From contig PEWS01000040.1 of the NCBI GenBank assembly GCA_002779355.1, positions 1 to 32,375 of the forward strand: a stretch of DNA of 32,375 nt. The letters are read 5' to 3'. The notes beneath the pieces were generated by a model. The model made no database searches, had not been told where the DNA came from, and saw only the letters and a list, made by a program, of their open reading frames with translations. Positions 17,449-26,875 of this stretch are shown one piece after another. The stretch's first letter is position 1; each line of letters begins with the position of its first letter. The translations under genes were made by a program, and so were the position numbers. Origin of the DNA: Candidatus Nealsonbacteria bacterium CG07_land_8_20_14_0_80_39_13. GTDB lineage: Bacteria > Patescibacteriota > Minisyncoccia > Minisyncoccales > GCA-002779355.

Positions 17449-18363
17449 ATGGAAGAAATTTTTTTAGACGCTTTAATGGATTCATTTAAAATGGTTCCAT
17501 TATTGTTAATAATTTATATCGGAATAGAGTTGATTGAATATAGATTCGGGAACAGGATAAGGGAGAAAATCCAAAAAGCCGGAGCGGTAGGTCCGGCAAT
17601 AGGGGCGATAGCCGGGAGTTTTCCTCAATGCGGTTTTTCGGTTGTCGCCACAGCTTTGTATACCCAAAGATTAGTTACTGTGGGGACGCTAATGGCTGTT
17701 TATCTTTCCACTTCCGATGAAGCTATCCCGATAATTTTAGCCCAGCCGGACAAAACCGGAATTATTTTACCTTTAATTTCAACGAAGATTTTCATCGCCT
17801 TAATGGCCGGATACGCTATTGATTCGGCCTTCAGAAAAGAAAACAAAAAAATACTGGCTCATATTGAATCGTATGCGCATAGCAAAGATGATAAGGATCA
17901 TCATCACGAGTCAGTAATAGAAGAAAAAGCCTGTTGCGGGCACAGCGCTAGCGCCTTGGCTAAAGGATTCAATCCGAAAGAGATATTTTTTCATCCTGTA
18001 ATTCACACTTTTAAAATTTTCGTTTTTATTTTTGCCGTTTCGTTCCTGATCAACTTCGCTATTTTTCAAATAGGCGAAGAGGCGTTTGGTAAGTTATTTT
18101 TAAGCAATAGCTTTCTTCAGCCATTTTTAATGGGATTAGTCGGACTGATTCCGAACTGCGTCGCTTCTGTTGCTATAACTCAATTATATCTTGGGGGATT
18201 GATTTCTTTCGGTTCGGTTATTGCCGGATTATGCGCCAGCGGGGGATTGGGGATACTGGTTTTATTCAGGGAGGAAAAAGACAAGAAAAATGTGTTCAGG
18301 ATTTTACTCCTGCTCTTCGGCATAAGCGTCTCCTCCGGTCTGATAATCCAACACCTTTTTTAG
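17449..18363 (+). CDS. Putative metal transporter/permease (DUF2899/ArsP-like)
   Basis: Duplicated G..PQCG / GLIPNC motifs, STSDEA, His/Cys-rich loop DHHHE...CCGH, multiple TM helices. Confidence 0.8.
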   Translation: MEEIFLDALMDSFKMVPLLLIIYIGIELIEYRFGNRIREKIQKAGAVGPAIGAIAGSFPQCGFSVVATALYTQRLVTVGTLMAVYLSTSDEAIPIILAQPDKTGIILPLISTKIFIALMAGYAIDSAFRKENKKILAHIESYAHSKDDKDHHHESVIEEKACCGHSASALAKGFNPKEIFFHPVIHTFKIFVFIFAVSFLINFAIFQIGEEAFGKLFLSNSFLQPFLMGLVGLIPNCVASVAITQLYLGGLISFGSVIAGLCASGGLGILVLFREEKDKKNVFRILLLLFGISVSSGLIIQHLF

Positions 18364-18419
18364 CTTTTAATTGGTTTTAAAGTTTGATAAAATGTTATTA
18401 AATTATAAATTTAAGAAAA

Positions 18420-18522
18420 TCGGCCAGGGGCATCGGCCAGAGGCCCCAGCCAAAGGCTCCAGCCAAAGGCTGGTCAGCCTCTGGCCGAGGTCAGCTTCTG
18501 GCCGAGATAGTCCTCTGGACTA
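18420..18522. repeat. Three nested 30-bp double-palindrome elements plus a partial unit
   Basis: tcggccagaggcc[ccagccaaaggct[ccagccaaaggctgg tcagcctctggccga]gg tcagcttctggccga]ga tagtcctctggacta spans 18433-18522, exactly 90 bp. Confidence 0.9.
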
Positions 18523-18528
18523 AAAAAT

Positions 18529-20112
18529 ATGGATGAAGAAAATAAGAAAAACAAGAAAGGTTGGGCGGGGAAAATCGCGGTTTTGGTTGCTATTATAATA
18601 GTGGCTTATTTTGGTCTTTCTCAAACAATTTTTAAGCAAAAAGAGACAGGATTTAGGGTCGTGAAAGCGGAGATGAGAAATATTGTTCAGGAAATATCAG
18701 AGACAGGGACAGTTAAAAAAGGGGAAGAAACAAGACTGTCTTTTAAAAATGGAGGACGGATAGAAAAAATTTGGGTCAAAGCCGGAGATAATGTTGTTAA
18801 GGGAGAGGCTTTGGCGAAAGTTGACATAAGTGAAGTATCAATAAAGCTTTCCGAAGCCAAAGCTAATTTATTATTTGTTAAAGCAAAATTGGAGAAATTG
18901 ATGGCCGGCGCGAGCAATGAGGAAAAAGCCAGCGCTGAAACAGCGGTTTTGAACGCCGAAACAGCAGTTAAAAACGCAGAACATAATTTGGAAAATATAA
19001 AAGCTTCAGCTGAAAATAATCTCCTTGACACACAAGAAGACGCTAAGATTGTTTTAAACTCCGCTTATTTGACTATAAGCAATTCTTTTAATGTTGCTGA
19101 TTTGATAGAGAGAACTTATTTTTCCGCTAACGATCAGGAGGGGATATTGGTCAGGGAAAGCGTTGAAAAAATAGAAAAATTCTTATCCGTTGAGAATGAC
19201 CTTGCTAAAATGGAGGGGAATCTTAATATTGTATCTGATGCGTTAAAGAAAATCAGGGATATCTGCGAAGAAACGAAGTACAGAAATATTGTTTCTTCAA
19301 CCGATAAGGCTTCTTTGGATACTCAAAGGACGAATATAAACACAGCCTTAACCAATGTTGTTAATTCCGAGCAGGCAATTTCCTCTGTTAAATTAACCAA
19401 TGAATATAATATTAATTATGCGGGAACATCTCTCTCTTCGACTAAGGGAACCTTGGCCTCCGCTCAAAACAGCTTAGCTCTGCTGATAGCTCCGCCTCGC
19501 CAGGAAGATGTTAATTCTTACAAGGCTCAAGTAGTTCAGGCCGAAAGCAGTGTTGCTCTTTTGGAAAACCAGCTGAAAGAAGCTGTTTTGAGAAGTCCGT
19601 CTGACGGTCAAATAATAAGGGTTGAGGGAAAAGAGGGAGAGATGCAGGTGGCCGGAAGCCTCGCTATGTCTTTCTTGCCGACAGCCTTGTTTGAGATTGA
19701 AGTGAATATCTATGAAGAGGATATTGCTAAAATAAATCTTGGCGACCCGGCTGGTATTTCGCTGATAGCTTTTCCGGATAAAAAACTCAACGGAGAAGTA
19801 ATCGCCATTGATCCGGCTGAAGAACTTATTGAAGGGGTTGTTTATTACAAGACAAAAATAAGCATCAAGGATGCGCCGGAAGAAGTTAGGCCGGGAATGA
19901 CCGCTGATATAGACATTAAAAAGAATATTAAAGAGAATGTGCTGACTATCCCATCGGAAGCAGTTGGAAAGGAAAATGGAAAAGCGTTTGTTCAGTACCT
20001 GAAGAATGGAAAGATAGAAAAAAAAGAAATCATCATTGGCGCTCAAGGAAGTGGCGGTTTAGTTGAAATAATCTCCGGATTGAGCGAGGGCGATGAAATA
20101 AGAGTCAAATAA
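18529..20112 (+). CDS. MacA/HlyD-family adaptor (membrane fusion) protein
   Basis: N-terminal TM, lipoyl half-motifs (GRIEKIWVKAGDNVVKG; LRSPSDGQI), long coiled coil, RPGMTA. Confidence 0.9.
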   Translation: MDEENKKNKKGWAGKIAVLVAIIIVAYFGLSQTIFKQKETGFRVVKAEMRNIVQEISETGTVKKGEETRLSFKNGGRIEKIWVKAGDNVVKGEALAKVDISEVSIKLSEAKANLLFVKAKLEKLMAGASNEEKASAETAVLNAETAVKNAEHNLENIKASAENNLLDTQEDAKIVLNSAYLTISNSFNVADLIERTYFSANDQEGILVRESVEKIEKFLSVENDLAKMEGNLNIVSDALKKIRDICEETKYRNIVSSTDKASLDTQRTNINTALTNVVNSEQAISSVKLTNEYNINYAGTSLSSTKGTLASAQNSLALLIAPPRQEDVNSYKAQVVQAESSVALLENQLKEAVLRSPSDGQIIRVEGKEGEMQVAGSLAMSFLPTALFEIEVNIYEEDIAKINLGDPAGISLIAFPDKKLNGEVIAIDPAEELIEGVVYYKTKISIKDAPEEVRPGMTADIDIKKNIKENVLTIPSEAVGKENGKAFVQYLKNGKIEKKEIIIGAQGSGGLVEIISGLSEGDEIRVK

Positions 20113-20135
20113 GTTAAATAAATAGCAAAATCTAA

Positions 20136-20855
20136 ATGGTAAACGACAAGTCATTGATCAAACTGGAGGATGTTTGGAAAATATATCAGCTGGGAAAAGT
20201 GGAGCTGACGGCTTTAAAAGGCGTAATCCTTGAAATTTTTGAAGGCTCTTTTGTGAGCATAGTCGGCTCATCAGGATCCGGAAAATCAACTTTATTAAAT
20301 ATGCTCGGTTGTCTGGATTTCCCCTCAAAGGGAAAAACTTTTTTGAAAGGGAAAGACATTTCTCTTTTAAGCGAAGATGAGCTTTCTCAAGCCAGAGGGA
20401 AAATCATCGGTTTTGTTTTCCAAGAGTTTAATTTATTGCCCAATTTTTCCGCTCTTCAGAACGTAATGTTTCCGATGATTTTTCAGGGAATTCCGGAGGC
20501 GGAGAGGGTGAAAAAAGCCAAAGAACTTTTAATTTCACTGGGACTGAAAGAAAGAATTTGTCATCAACCGTCTGAATTATCGGGCGGAGAAAGACAAAGG
20601 GTGGCTATTGCCAGGGCATTAGCCAATGATCCGGAAATGATTATAGCTGATGAGCCTACCGGAAATTTAGACTCTGTTACGGGAACCAAGATAATGGAAA
20701 TTTTGACCGATTTTCACAAAAATTTAGGGAGAACGGTTGTCGTTGTTACTCACGATCCGAAAGTGGCAAGATATAGCAAGGAGATGATTAATATTAAGGA
20801 TGGGGAGATAATATCCGACCATTCCAATTCAAACGAATCATTATGGAAGAAATAA
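20136..20855 (+). CDS. ABC transporter ATP-binding protein (LolD/MacB family)
   Basis: GSSGSGKST, LSGGERQRVAIARAL, ADEPTGNLD, VTHD. Confidence 0.96.
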   Translation: MVNDKSLIKLEDVWKIYQLGKVELTALKGVILEIFEGSFVSIVGSSGSGKSTLLNMLGCLDFPSKGKTFLKGKDISLLSEDELSQARGKIIGFVFQEFNLLPNFSALQNVMFPMIFQGIPEAERVKKAKELLISLGLKERICHQPSELSGGERQRVAIARALANDPEMIIADEPTGNLDSVTGTKIMEILTDFHKNLGRTVVVVTHDPKVARYSKEMINIKDGEIISDHSNSNESLWKK

Positions 20856-22072
20856 GGGATTATTTAAAAATAGCGTTTCAAAACCTAAAGACGCGGTCAT
20901 TGAGAAGCTGGCTTACGATTCTTGGAATTGTCATCGGGGTTTTTCTTATTGTAAGTTTATTATCTTTAAGCGAGGGGCTGAAAACCACAATAAACAAACA
21001 ATTAAAGGCCATGGGCGGAGAAATTATCATTGTAATGCCCGGTGATGAATCCAACCCCTTTGCGTCAATGATGGTCGGAGGAGTTGAATTAGAAAGAGAA
21101 GATATTTCAGCTATACAAAAGACTGAAGGAGTTGATAAGGTTATTACTATGTCTTATAGTAGCGCCATTTCCAGATATAATGGCGAGGGAAAAACAACTT
21201 TTCTGGGAGGATTATCTTTAAGAGACGGCCAAGAAATTTTGTCAAGGTTTGAAGGATGGACCATAGGGGAGGGAAGATGGCCTATTTTTGGTAAAAATGA
21301 AGTCATTGTCGGGAAAAAATTAGCGGAGGATATTTTTGAAGATAATATAATCGTCAATAGCGACATAATGATTAAAGGAAGGAAGATGAAGGTTGTCGGG
21401 ATATTGGAATCTTTAGGCAGTAAGACAGATGACAGTTTTGTCTATATGGATATGGATGTTTACGAGAATATCACAGGGAAGAAAAAGGGGAGCGCTCAAA
21501 TGGCTATGGTCAAAGTAAGCGATGGCGTCTTAATCAATGATATAGCCGATAAAATAAAATTAGCTTTAGAGAAAACAACAAAAAGAAGAGGCGGAACGGA
21601 TGCGGCAAGTTTCGCCGTTATCACCGCAGAAAAAGTGAGTGGAATAGCAAATGACATCCTGTCGGTCGTTCAAGCTGTTATAGTTGGGTTCGCAAGCATC
21701 GCTATTATTGTCGGCGGAATCGGGATAATGAATACTATGCTTACCTCTGTCAGAGAGAGAACAAAGGAAATAGGAATAATGAAGGCCATTGGGGCTAAAA
21801 ATTCAGCCATAACATCTATTTTTTTAATGGAAGCGGCTATTATAGGATTTGTTGGCGGGATTGGGGGAACCGCGTTAGGAACAATAATGGCTAAGTTAAT
21901 AGAGGTATACGGACAAGTTCATCCGATGTTCTATTTTTCTGCAGTTATATCTCCGGGATTAGTTTTATTTGGATTGATTTTTTCTTTAGTCGTTGGCTGC
22001 TTAGCCGGGTTTCTTCCGGCGAGAAGAGCAGCGAAATTAAGGCCGGTCGACGCCTTAAGAAGATACGAATAA
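20843..22072 (+). CDS. ABC transporter permease (MacB/FtsX family)
   Basis: RSWLTILGIVIGV, GGIGIMNTML.SV.ERTKEIGIMKAIGA, PARRAAKLRPVDALR. Confidence 0.95.
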   Translation: MEEIRDYLKIAFQNLKTRSLRSWLTILGIVIGVFLIVSLLSLSEGLKTTINKQLKAMGGEIIIVMPGDESNPFASMMVGGVELEREDISAIQKTEGVDKVITMSYSSAISRYNGEGKTTFLGGLSLRDGQEILSRFEGWTIGEGRWPIFGKNEVIVGKKLAEDIFEDNIIVNSDIMIKGRKMKVVGILESLGSKTDDSFVYMDMDVYENITGKKKGSAQMAMVKVSDGVLINDIADKIKLALEKTTKRRGGTDAASFAVITAEKVSGIANDILSVVQAVIVGFASIAIIVGGIGIMNTMLTSVRERTKEIGIMKAIGAKNSAITSIFLMEAAIIGFVGGIGGTALGTIMAKLIEVYGQVHPMFYFSAVISPGLVLFGLIFSLVVGCLAGFLPARRAAKLRPVDALRRYE

Positions 22073-22114
22073 CAATCAAAATTACAAATTATAAATTACA
22101 AATTACAAAAAATT

Positions 22115-22417
22115 ATGGTTTTTGAATTATTATTTGCGGGGTTTGGCGGGGGATTGATGAGGGGATTGGTCGGTTTTCTTAAACACCAATTCGCTTACAA
22201 AACCGTTGATTTTAAGTGGCCTTATTTCTTAGGGGTAAGCGTTATGTCAGGGCTTATCGGAATGTTTTCAACTCTGGCTATGACAGGAGTCGGATTTTCA
22301 TTGGAAGGGGTTTTTACCCCGGCTTTGGCTTTTATCATCGGTTATGCCGGAGGCGATTTCATTGAAAACATTTACAAAATCATCATCCAAAAATCCTCCC
22401 TCTACACAAAAAAATAA
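22115..22417 (+). CDS. Small Gly-rich membrane protein
   Basis: 100 aa, about three hydrophobic segments, co-oriented within the operon. Confidence 0.75.
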   Translation: MVFELLFAGFGGGLMRGLVGFLKHQFAYKTVDFKWPYFLGVSVMSGLIGMFSTLAMTGVGFSLEGVFTPALAFIIGYAGGDFIENIYKIIIQKSSLYTKK

Positions 22418-22432
22418 CGTATAATTGAATTT

Positions 22433-23467
22433 ATGTCGTTGAAAAGGGAATTACTTATCATTATCTGTTTTGTTTTTTTGTCTTTGACTCTGATTGTGTC
22501 GGTTTCTTTCGCTTTGTTTGAGATGGAGACAAAGAAGCCTTTTAATCTTCAGGGGAAAGAAGAGGTTTTTGTTGTTGAGAAAGGGGAGGGGGCTAAACAA
22601 ATAGCCAAAAATCTTGGGGAAAAGGGGGTTATCAGAAATGACATTCTTTTTATTCTTTACGTTCTGAAAAGCGGTGAGGCCGGGAAAATTAAGGCCGGAA
22701 AATATTCTCTCTCCTCGGCTATGACTATTTCTCAAATAGCGGAGAAATTAGTTAAAGGCGAAGTGATGAAAGAAAAAATTATCATTCTTGAAGGATGGAG
22801 TTTGCGGGATATTGAGAGAGAGCTGATTTCCAAATTCCTCGTCCAGAGGACGACCAGCCTCTGGCTGGAAATTTCAGCAGAGAATGTGAAGTCATATAAG
22901 GAAGATTATGAATTTTTGAAGGATGCGCCGGACAGCGCTACCCTTGAGGGCTATATTTTCCCGGACACTTATGAGGTTGACGAAGGAGAAACCACAAAAA
23001 GTATAACCAGAAAAGCTTTGGATAATTTTGATAAGAAGTTGACGGAAGACTTAAGAAAAGAAATAAAGAAACAAAATAAAAGCATATTTGAAATCGTGAC
23101 AATGGCTTCTTTGTTGGAAAAAGAGGTCAGGACATCAGAGGATAAAAAAATTGTTTCCGGAATTTTTTGGAAAAGAATAAGCATCGGCCAGCCGTTGCAA
23201 AGCTGCGCCACTGTCGCTTACGCCATCGGGGTTGATAAATGGAGGTATTCATATGAAGACACAAGAACTAAATCTCCTTATAATACTTACTTGAATCAGG
23301 GATTGCCCATTGGTCCTATTTCTAATCCCGGGCTTGAGAGCATTAAGGCGGCGATTGAGCCGGAAAAAAGCGATTATTGGTATTATCTTTCAGATACTGA
23401 AGGAAAAACAATATTCAGTAAGACATTTGAGGAACATAATATAGCCAAGGCAAAATACCTTAAATAA
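22433..23467 (+). CDS. mltG: Endolytic transglycosylase MltG
   Basis: LEGYIFPDTY, MASLLEKE, SPYNTY..GLP.GPISNPG; N-terminal TM. Confidence 0.96.
   Translation: MSLKRELLIIICFVFLSLTLIVSVSFALFEMETKKPFNLQGKEEVFVVEKGEGAKQIAKNLGEKGVIRNDILFILYVLKSGEAGKIKAGKYSLSSAMTISQIAEKLVKGEVMKEKIIILEGWSLRDIERELISKFLVQRTTSLWLEISAENVKSYKEDYEFLKDAPDSATLEGYIFPDTYEVDEGETTKSITRKALDNFDKKLTEDLRKEIKKQNKSIFEIVTMASLLEKEVRTSEDKKIVSGIFWKRISIGQPLQSCATVAYAIGVDKWRYSYEDTRTKSPYNTYLNQGLPIGPISNPGLESIKAAIEPEKSDYWYYLSDTEGKTIFSKTFEEHNIAKAKYLK
22839..22868. repeat. 30-bp double-palindrome element in frame in mltG
   Basis: tcgtccagaggacga + ccagcctctggctgg, identical to the reconstructed outer thrS element. Confidence 0.9.
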
Positions 23468-23471
23468 AATT

Positions 23472-24038
23472 ATGAAAAAAAAGCCAAAGGTGGCGATGGT
23501 TATTTCTTTTAGGGATTTCAGGGATGAGGAGCTTTTTGTTCCGATGGAAATTTTGAATAAGGCGGGGATAGAAACAAAAGTCATTTCCAATAAAAAAGGC
23601 TTGGCGATCGGGGCTGATGGGGGAGAGATTGAGGTTAATATTTTAGCTTCAGAATTAAAAGTGGAGGAGTTTGACGCTATAATTTTTATCGGTGGCCCGG
23701 GCTGTTTGAAAAATCTGGACAACGAAATTTCTTATGAAATTATCCGCCAAACGATTCATCAAGGGAAGATTTTGGCCGGAATATGCATCAGTCCTGTTAT
23801 TTTGGCTAAAGCCGGGGCGCTGAAAGGGAAGAGGGCAACGGTTTGGTCTAATTCAATGGACAAGTCAACTATAAAAATCCTAAAGGAAAATAGGGCTATT
23901 TACCAAAAAGAGCCGGTTGTGGTTGACGGAAATATCATCACATCCTCCGGCCCCTCCTCCGCCAAGGATTTTGCCGGAACTCTTGACAGGATTTTAAAAA
24001 AGAATATACTTGAGACAGGATCCGCAGACAGCAGGTAA
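23472..24038 (+). CDS. DJ-1/PfpI family protein
   Basis: FRDEE, FDAIIFIGGPG, GICISP nucleophile elbow, VVVDGNIITSSGP. Confidence 0.93.
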   Translation: MKKKPKVAMVISFRDFRDEELFVPMEILNKAGIETKVISNKKGLAIGADGGEIEVNILASELKVEEFDAIIFIGGPGCLKNLDNEISYEIIRQTIHQGKILAGICISPVILAKAGALKGKRATVWSNSMDKSTIKILKENRAIYQKEPVVVDGNIITSSGPSSAKDFAGTLDRILKKNILETGSADSR

Positions 24039-24104
24039 TTAAATCCTGCCGAGGAAACAAGTCGTCTTTTTGTTTACCCTTTGTCTGCAATAGCAGATTT
24101 TTTT
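23983..24104 (+). promoter_or_regulatory. Promoter plus L10 ribosomal-protein leader/attenuator
   Basis: TTGACA-N16-TATACT; CCGCAGACAGCAGG-TAATTAAAT-CCTGCCGAGG resembles the L10 leader core; terminator-like TCTGC-AATA-GCAGA-T7 before rplJ. Confidence 0.8.
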
Positions 24105-24123
24105 ATTCACTAAAATCAAAGAT

Positions 24124-24651
24124 ATGCCATTAACTAAAAAACGAAAACAAAATATCGTAGAAAGCTTAAAGAGCAAGTTTGAAAAGCAAAAATCTATAAT
24201 TTTTCTTGACTACTGTGGCTTGAAGGTAAAAGACACTCTCAATTTGAGGAAGAAAATGAAGGAACAGGGATGCGAGTTAAAAATAGCCAAAAAAACATTG
24301 CTCGGATTGATTCTTGACGGCTCGGGACAGGGAATGAAAGAGAAAGTGAAGAAATTGCCCGGGCAAATAGCTATCGGATTCGGATATGAAGATGAAGTAA
24401 TGCCCTTTAAGATTTCAGGAGATTTTTCAAAAACAAATACTAACGTTAAGGTTTTGGGAGGAATATTGAGTACGAAGAAAGATGAATTTTTATCTTCAGA
24501 GCAGGCGATAGTCTTATCGCAATTGCCGAGCAAGAAAGAACTTTTGGCGAAATTGGTAGGAAGCATGAAGTCCCCGATATCAGGCTTCGTCAATGTTTTA
24601 GGGGGGAATCTTAAAGGTCTGTTGCGTGTTTTAAGCCAAATCAAATCATAA
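24124..24651 (+). CDS. rplJ: 50S ribosomal protein L10
   Basis: DYCGLKV...LRK...[21 protein letters not shown]. Confidence 0.95.
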   Translation: MPLTKKRKQNIVESLKSKFEKQKSIIFLDYCGLKVKDTLNLRKKMKEQGCELKIAKKTLLGLILDGSGQGMKEKVKKLPGQIAIGFGYEDEVMPFKISGDFSKTNTNVKVLGGILSTKKDEFLSSEQAIVLSQLPSKKELLAKLVGSMKSPISGFVNVLGGNLKGLLRVLSQIKS

Positions 24652-24670
24652 TAAATTAACCAAAAAAAAT

Positions 24671-25099
24671 ATGACAGAAGAAATTAAAAAAGAGGAAGAA
24701 GCAGTAGAGGTACCGGAGAAATTTAAAAAATTAGTCGGAGAAATAGAGCAGATGTCCGTTTTGGACTTAGCTGAATTAGTAAAGGTATTGGAGAAGAAAT
24801 TCGGCGTTTCCAGCGCTACTCCAATGGTTATGGTCGCTGCCGGAGGAGTCGCAGGAGGAGCTCCTGCCACAGAAGAGAAATCTTCTTTCAATGTTGAACT
24901 CAAAGCAGCAGGCGACAAGAAAATTGAAGTAATTAAAGCAGTTAGAGATCTTACGGGAAAGGGATTGAAAGAGGCTAAAGATTTAGTTGACGCCGTCGTC
25001 GCCGCTCCTCAAATGATTAAGGAGAATGTTAAGAAAGAGGAAGCGGAAGAAATGAAGAAGAAATTCACTGAAGCCGGCGCCACCGTAGAACTGAAATAA
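24671..25099 (+). CDS. rplL: 50S ribosomal protein L7/L12
   Basis: [49 protein letters not shown]. Confidence 0.98.
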   Translation: MTEEIKKEEEAVEVPEKFKKLVGEIEQMSVLDLAELVKVLEKKFGVSSATPMVMVAAGGVAGGAPATEEKSSFNVELKAAGDKKIEVIKAVRDLTGKGLKEAKDLVDAVVAAPQMIKENVKKEEAEEMKKKFTEAGATVELK

Positions 25100-25109
25100 G
25101 CGAAAAACA

Positions 25110-25140
25110 AAATCCCGCAGAAATGCGGGATTTGCTTTAT
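25110..25140 (+). terminator. Intrinsic terminator after rplL
   Basis: AAATCCCGCA-GAAA-TGCGGGATTT followed by T-rich sequence. Confidence 0.75.
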
Positions 25141-25279
25141 TTATAATCCTCTTTTTCCAAACGACAAAAGTTTTTGTCATCTCGAAAAAAAGTGTCTTGA
25201 ATTTTAGTTTTCTAAATTAGTTTTCTAAAATTCAAGACTTTTTATAAAGGGTCATGCGATATTAGTCGCATAACTCTAT

Positions 25280-26875
25280 TTATATAAAGTCTTCGCCCAG
25301 AATAAAGACTTTTTTACCATTGCTTTTTTTGGTTCTTAATGTGCTTTTTAGTTTCTCGAAGTCTTCGTGCTCGGCTTTTTCAGCCAGCTTTCTTGCGCAC
25401 CTTGGCAGCCAGCAATGTTTGAACAGACATCCTTTGCATCCCCCCTTAATTTTTTCCGAACAATCATTGGGGAAAAAATCTTTGTCCGCTCCCATTGCCA
25501 CGACGTTAAGGATGTCGTCTTCACTAAGTAACGATCTGTCCTTACTTGTTTCCATCGTCCCGTTCACGATCCCGATTATCTCATCACCTGCGGATATCGC
25601 GTACCAGACGTCCGATTGCAAGTCTTCCGGTTCGGTCAATTCTTTGTAAGAGAGAGTTTTCTCGGTTCTTCTTGCTCTGGCCTCTTTTTTCCTCAGTATT
25701 GCTAAGGTATCTTTATTTTCTACCGTTATCCGATTGTTTTCTAAGCGGTAAAAAATTTGAATGCCTGTATTTCTTCCCATTGTTGTCACGTCATTAATGA
25801 CGACTGCACCGGTTCTATACCAGTTTCTATAGTATGCGGGAAACGAGGGAATGTCTGCGCCTATCTCAGTGGCTTTTTTCTTCATGGCACTTGTGATCCT
25901 GAACAGCGCCATTGTCTGTGGTTCTCCGCAGAGTCCTTTTACCTGTTCAGATTTGTCAGGCATCATTTCCCCACAACGATAGAATCCTGTCTGTTTCTCC
26001 ATCCACAAATCCAGAACCTTGAAGGTTAAATGCTCTATTTCCTTCTTTTTTCCGATTAGGATAGCATCGCCTATAAGACCGCCAAGACTTAAGTATGGGG
26101 CGTCACCTAGAGAGGTTTCATCTATATGTTTTTCTAAAGGGAGAACCCTTTCGTCCGAACAGTTTTCTAATCTTCCGGTTTTCACTCTTTGTTCTACCCA
26201 GAAATTTAGCATTTTCCCTGCTTGTTTTTTGCACTCACTTCTGATTTTCCTAAAGCTGTTTTTGTCTTCGGACTTATAATAAAGCCTTTCTGCCTCATAA
26301 TGGATGTCGAAGAGGAACTCTGCTTCTTTCAACGCTTCCCTTTTATCGTCAGCCACCGCATATGTCAAGTTTATTATTTGGGGAAGATTCAATGTTTTGC
26401 TTTTTTTCCTAATAACTTTTTCGTTGACTATGCCGATCAATCTCTGAATAGCCGGGTTGTCATTTATTTTAAGCCGTCTGGCTAAGACTTCCGTAGCGCA
26501 CATTTCTCTTCCATTATCGGCAAATTCATGCCCCACGAAACAACAGTGCCCTTCCAATTCTTTTGGCGCAGGTCCCACATCTATGAGAAAATTGCCTTTA
26601 TTGGCTAGGGTAATAATGTCATTAACGTCGAGCTCTCCTTCTACGAGCCTTATTCTATTTTTTTCTATTTTTGAATTTCCGAATCTACTCTCCAGCACCC
26701 AACACATAGTCGAGTCCAGATTAAGCGGTTTACGTATTACGTAATGCCGTTCGTCCACAGTTCTTTCTTCCATTTGCGACCTCTCGTCACTTTGTCCTTT
26801 TGGATTCTTCTTATAAGAACCCTCACGTCCCTTTGGACGGGTACCTTTTAGGGGCACCTTTATTTTGTTCTCCAT
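25280..26875 (-). CDS. Hypothetical protein, possibly a degenerate DHH/MYG1-like phosphoesterase fold with a C-terminal Cys cluster
   Basis: VIRKPLNLDSTMCWVL...FLIDVG...GHE...CATEVLA follows the order of DHH motifs; C-terminal CSEK...CKGC...C....RC. Confidence 0.6.
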   Translation of the reverse strand: MENKIKVPLKGTRPKGREGSYKKNPKGQSDERSQMEERTVDERHYVIRKPLNLDSTMCWVLESRFGNSKIEKNRIRLVEGELDVNDIITLANKGNFLIDVGPAPKELEGHCCFVGHEFADNGREMCATEVLARRLKINDNPAIQRLIGIVNEKVIRKKSKTLNLPQIINLTYAVADDKREALKEAEFLFDIHYEAERLYYKSEDKNSFRKIRSECKKQAGKMLNFWVEQRVKTGRLENCSDERVLPLEKHIDETSLGDAPYLSLGGLIGDAILIGKKKEIEHLTFKVLDLWMEKQTGFYRCGEMMPDKSEQVKGLCGEPQTMALFRITSAMKKKATEIGADIPSFPAYYRNWYRTGAVVINDVTTMGRNTGIQIFYRLENNRITVENKDTLAILRKKEARARRTEKTLSYKELTEPEDLQSDVWYAISAGDEIIGIVNGTMETSKDRSLLSEDDILNVVAMGADKDFFPNDCSEKIKGGCKGCLFKHCWLPRCARKLAEKAEHEDFEKLKSTLRTKKSNGKKVFILGEDFI

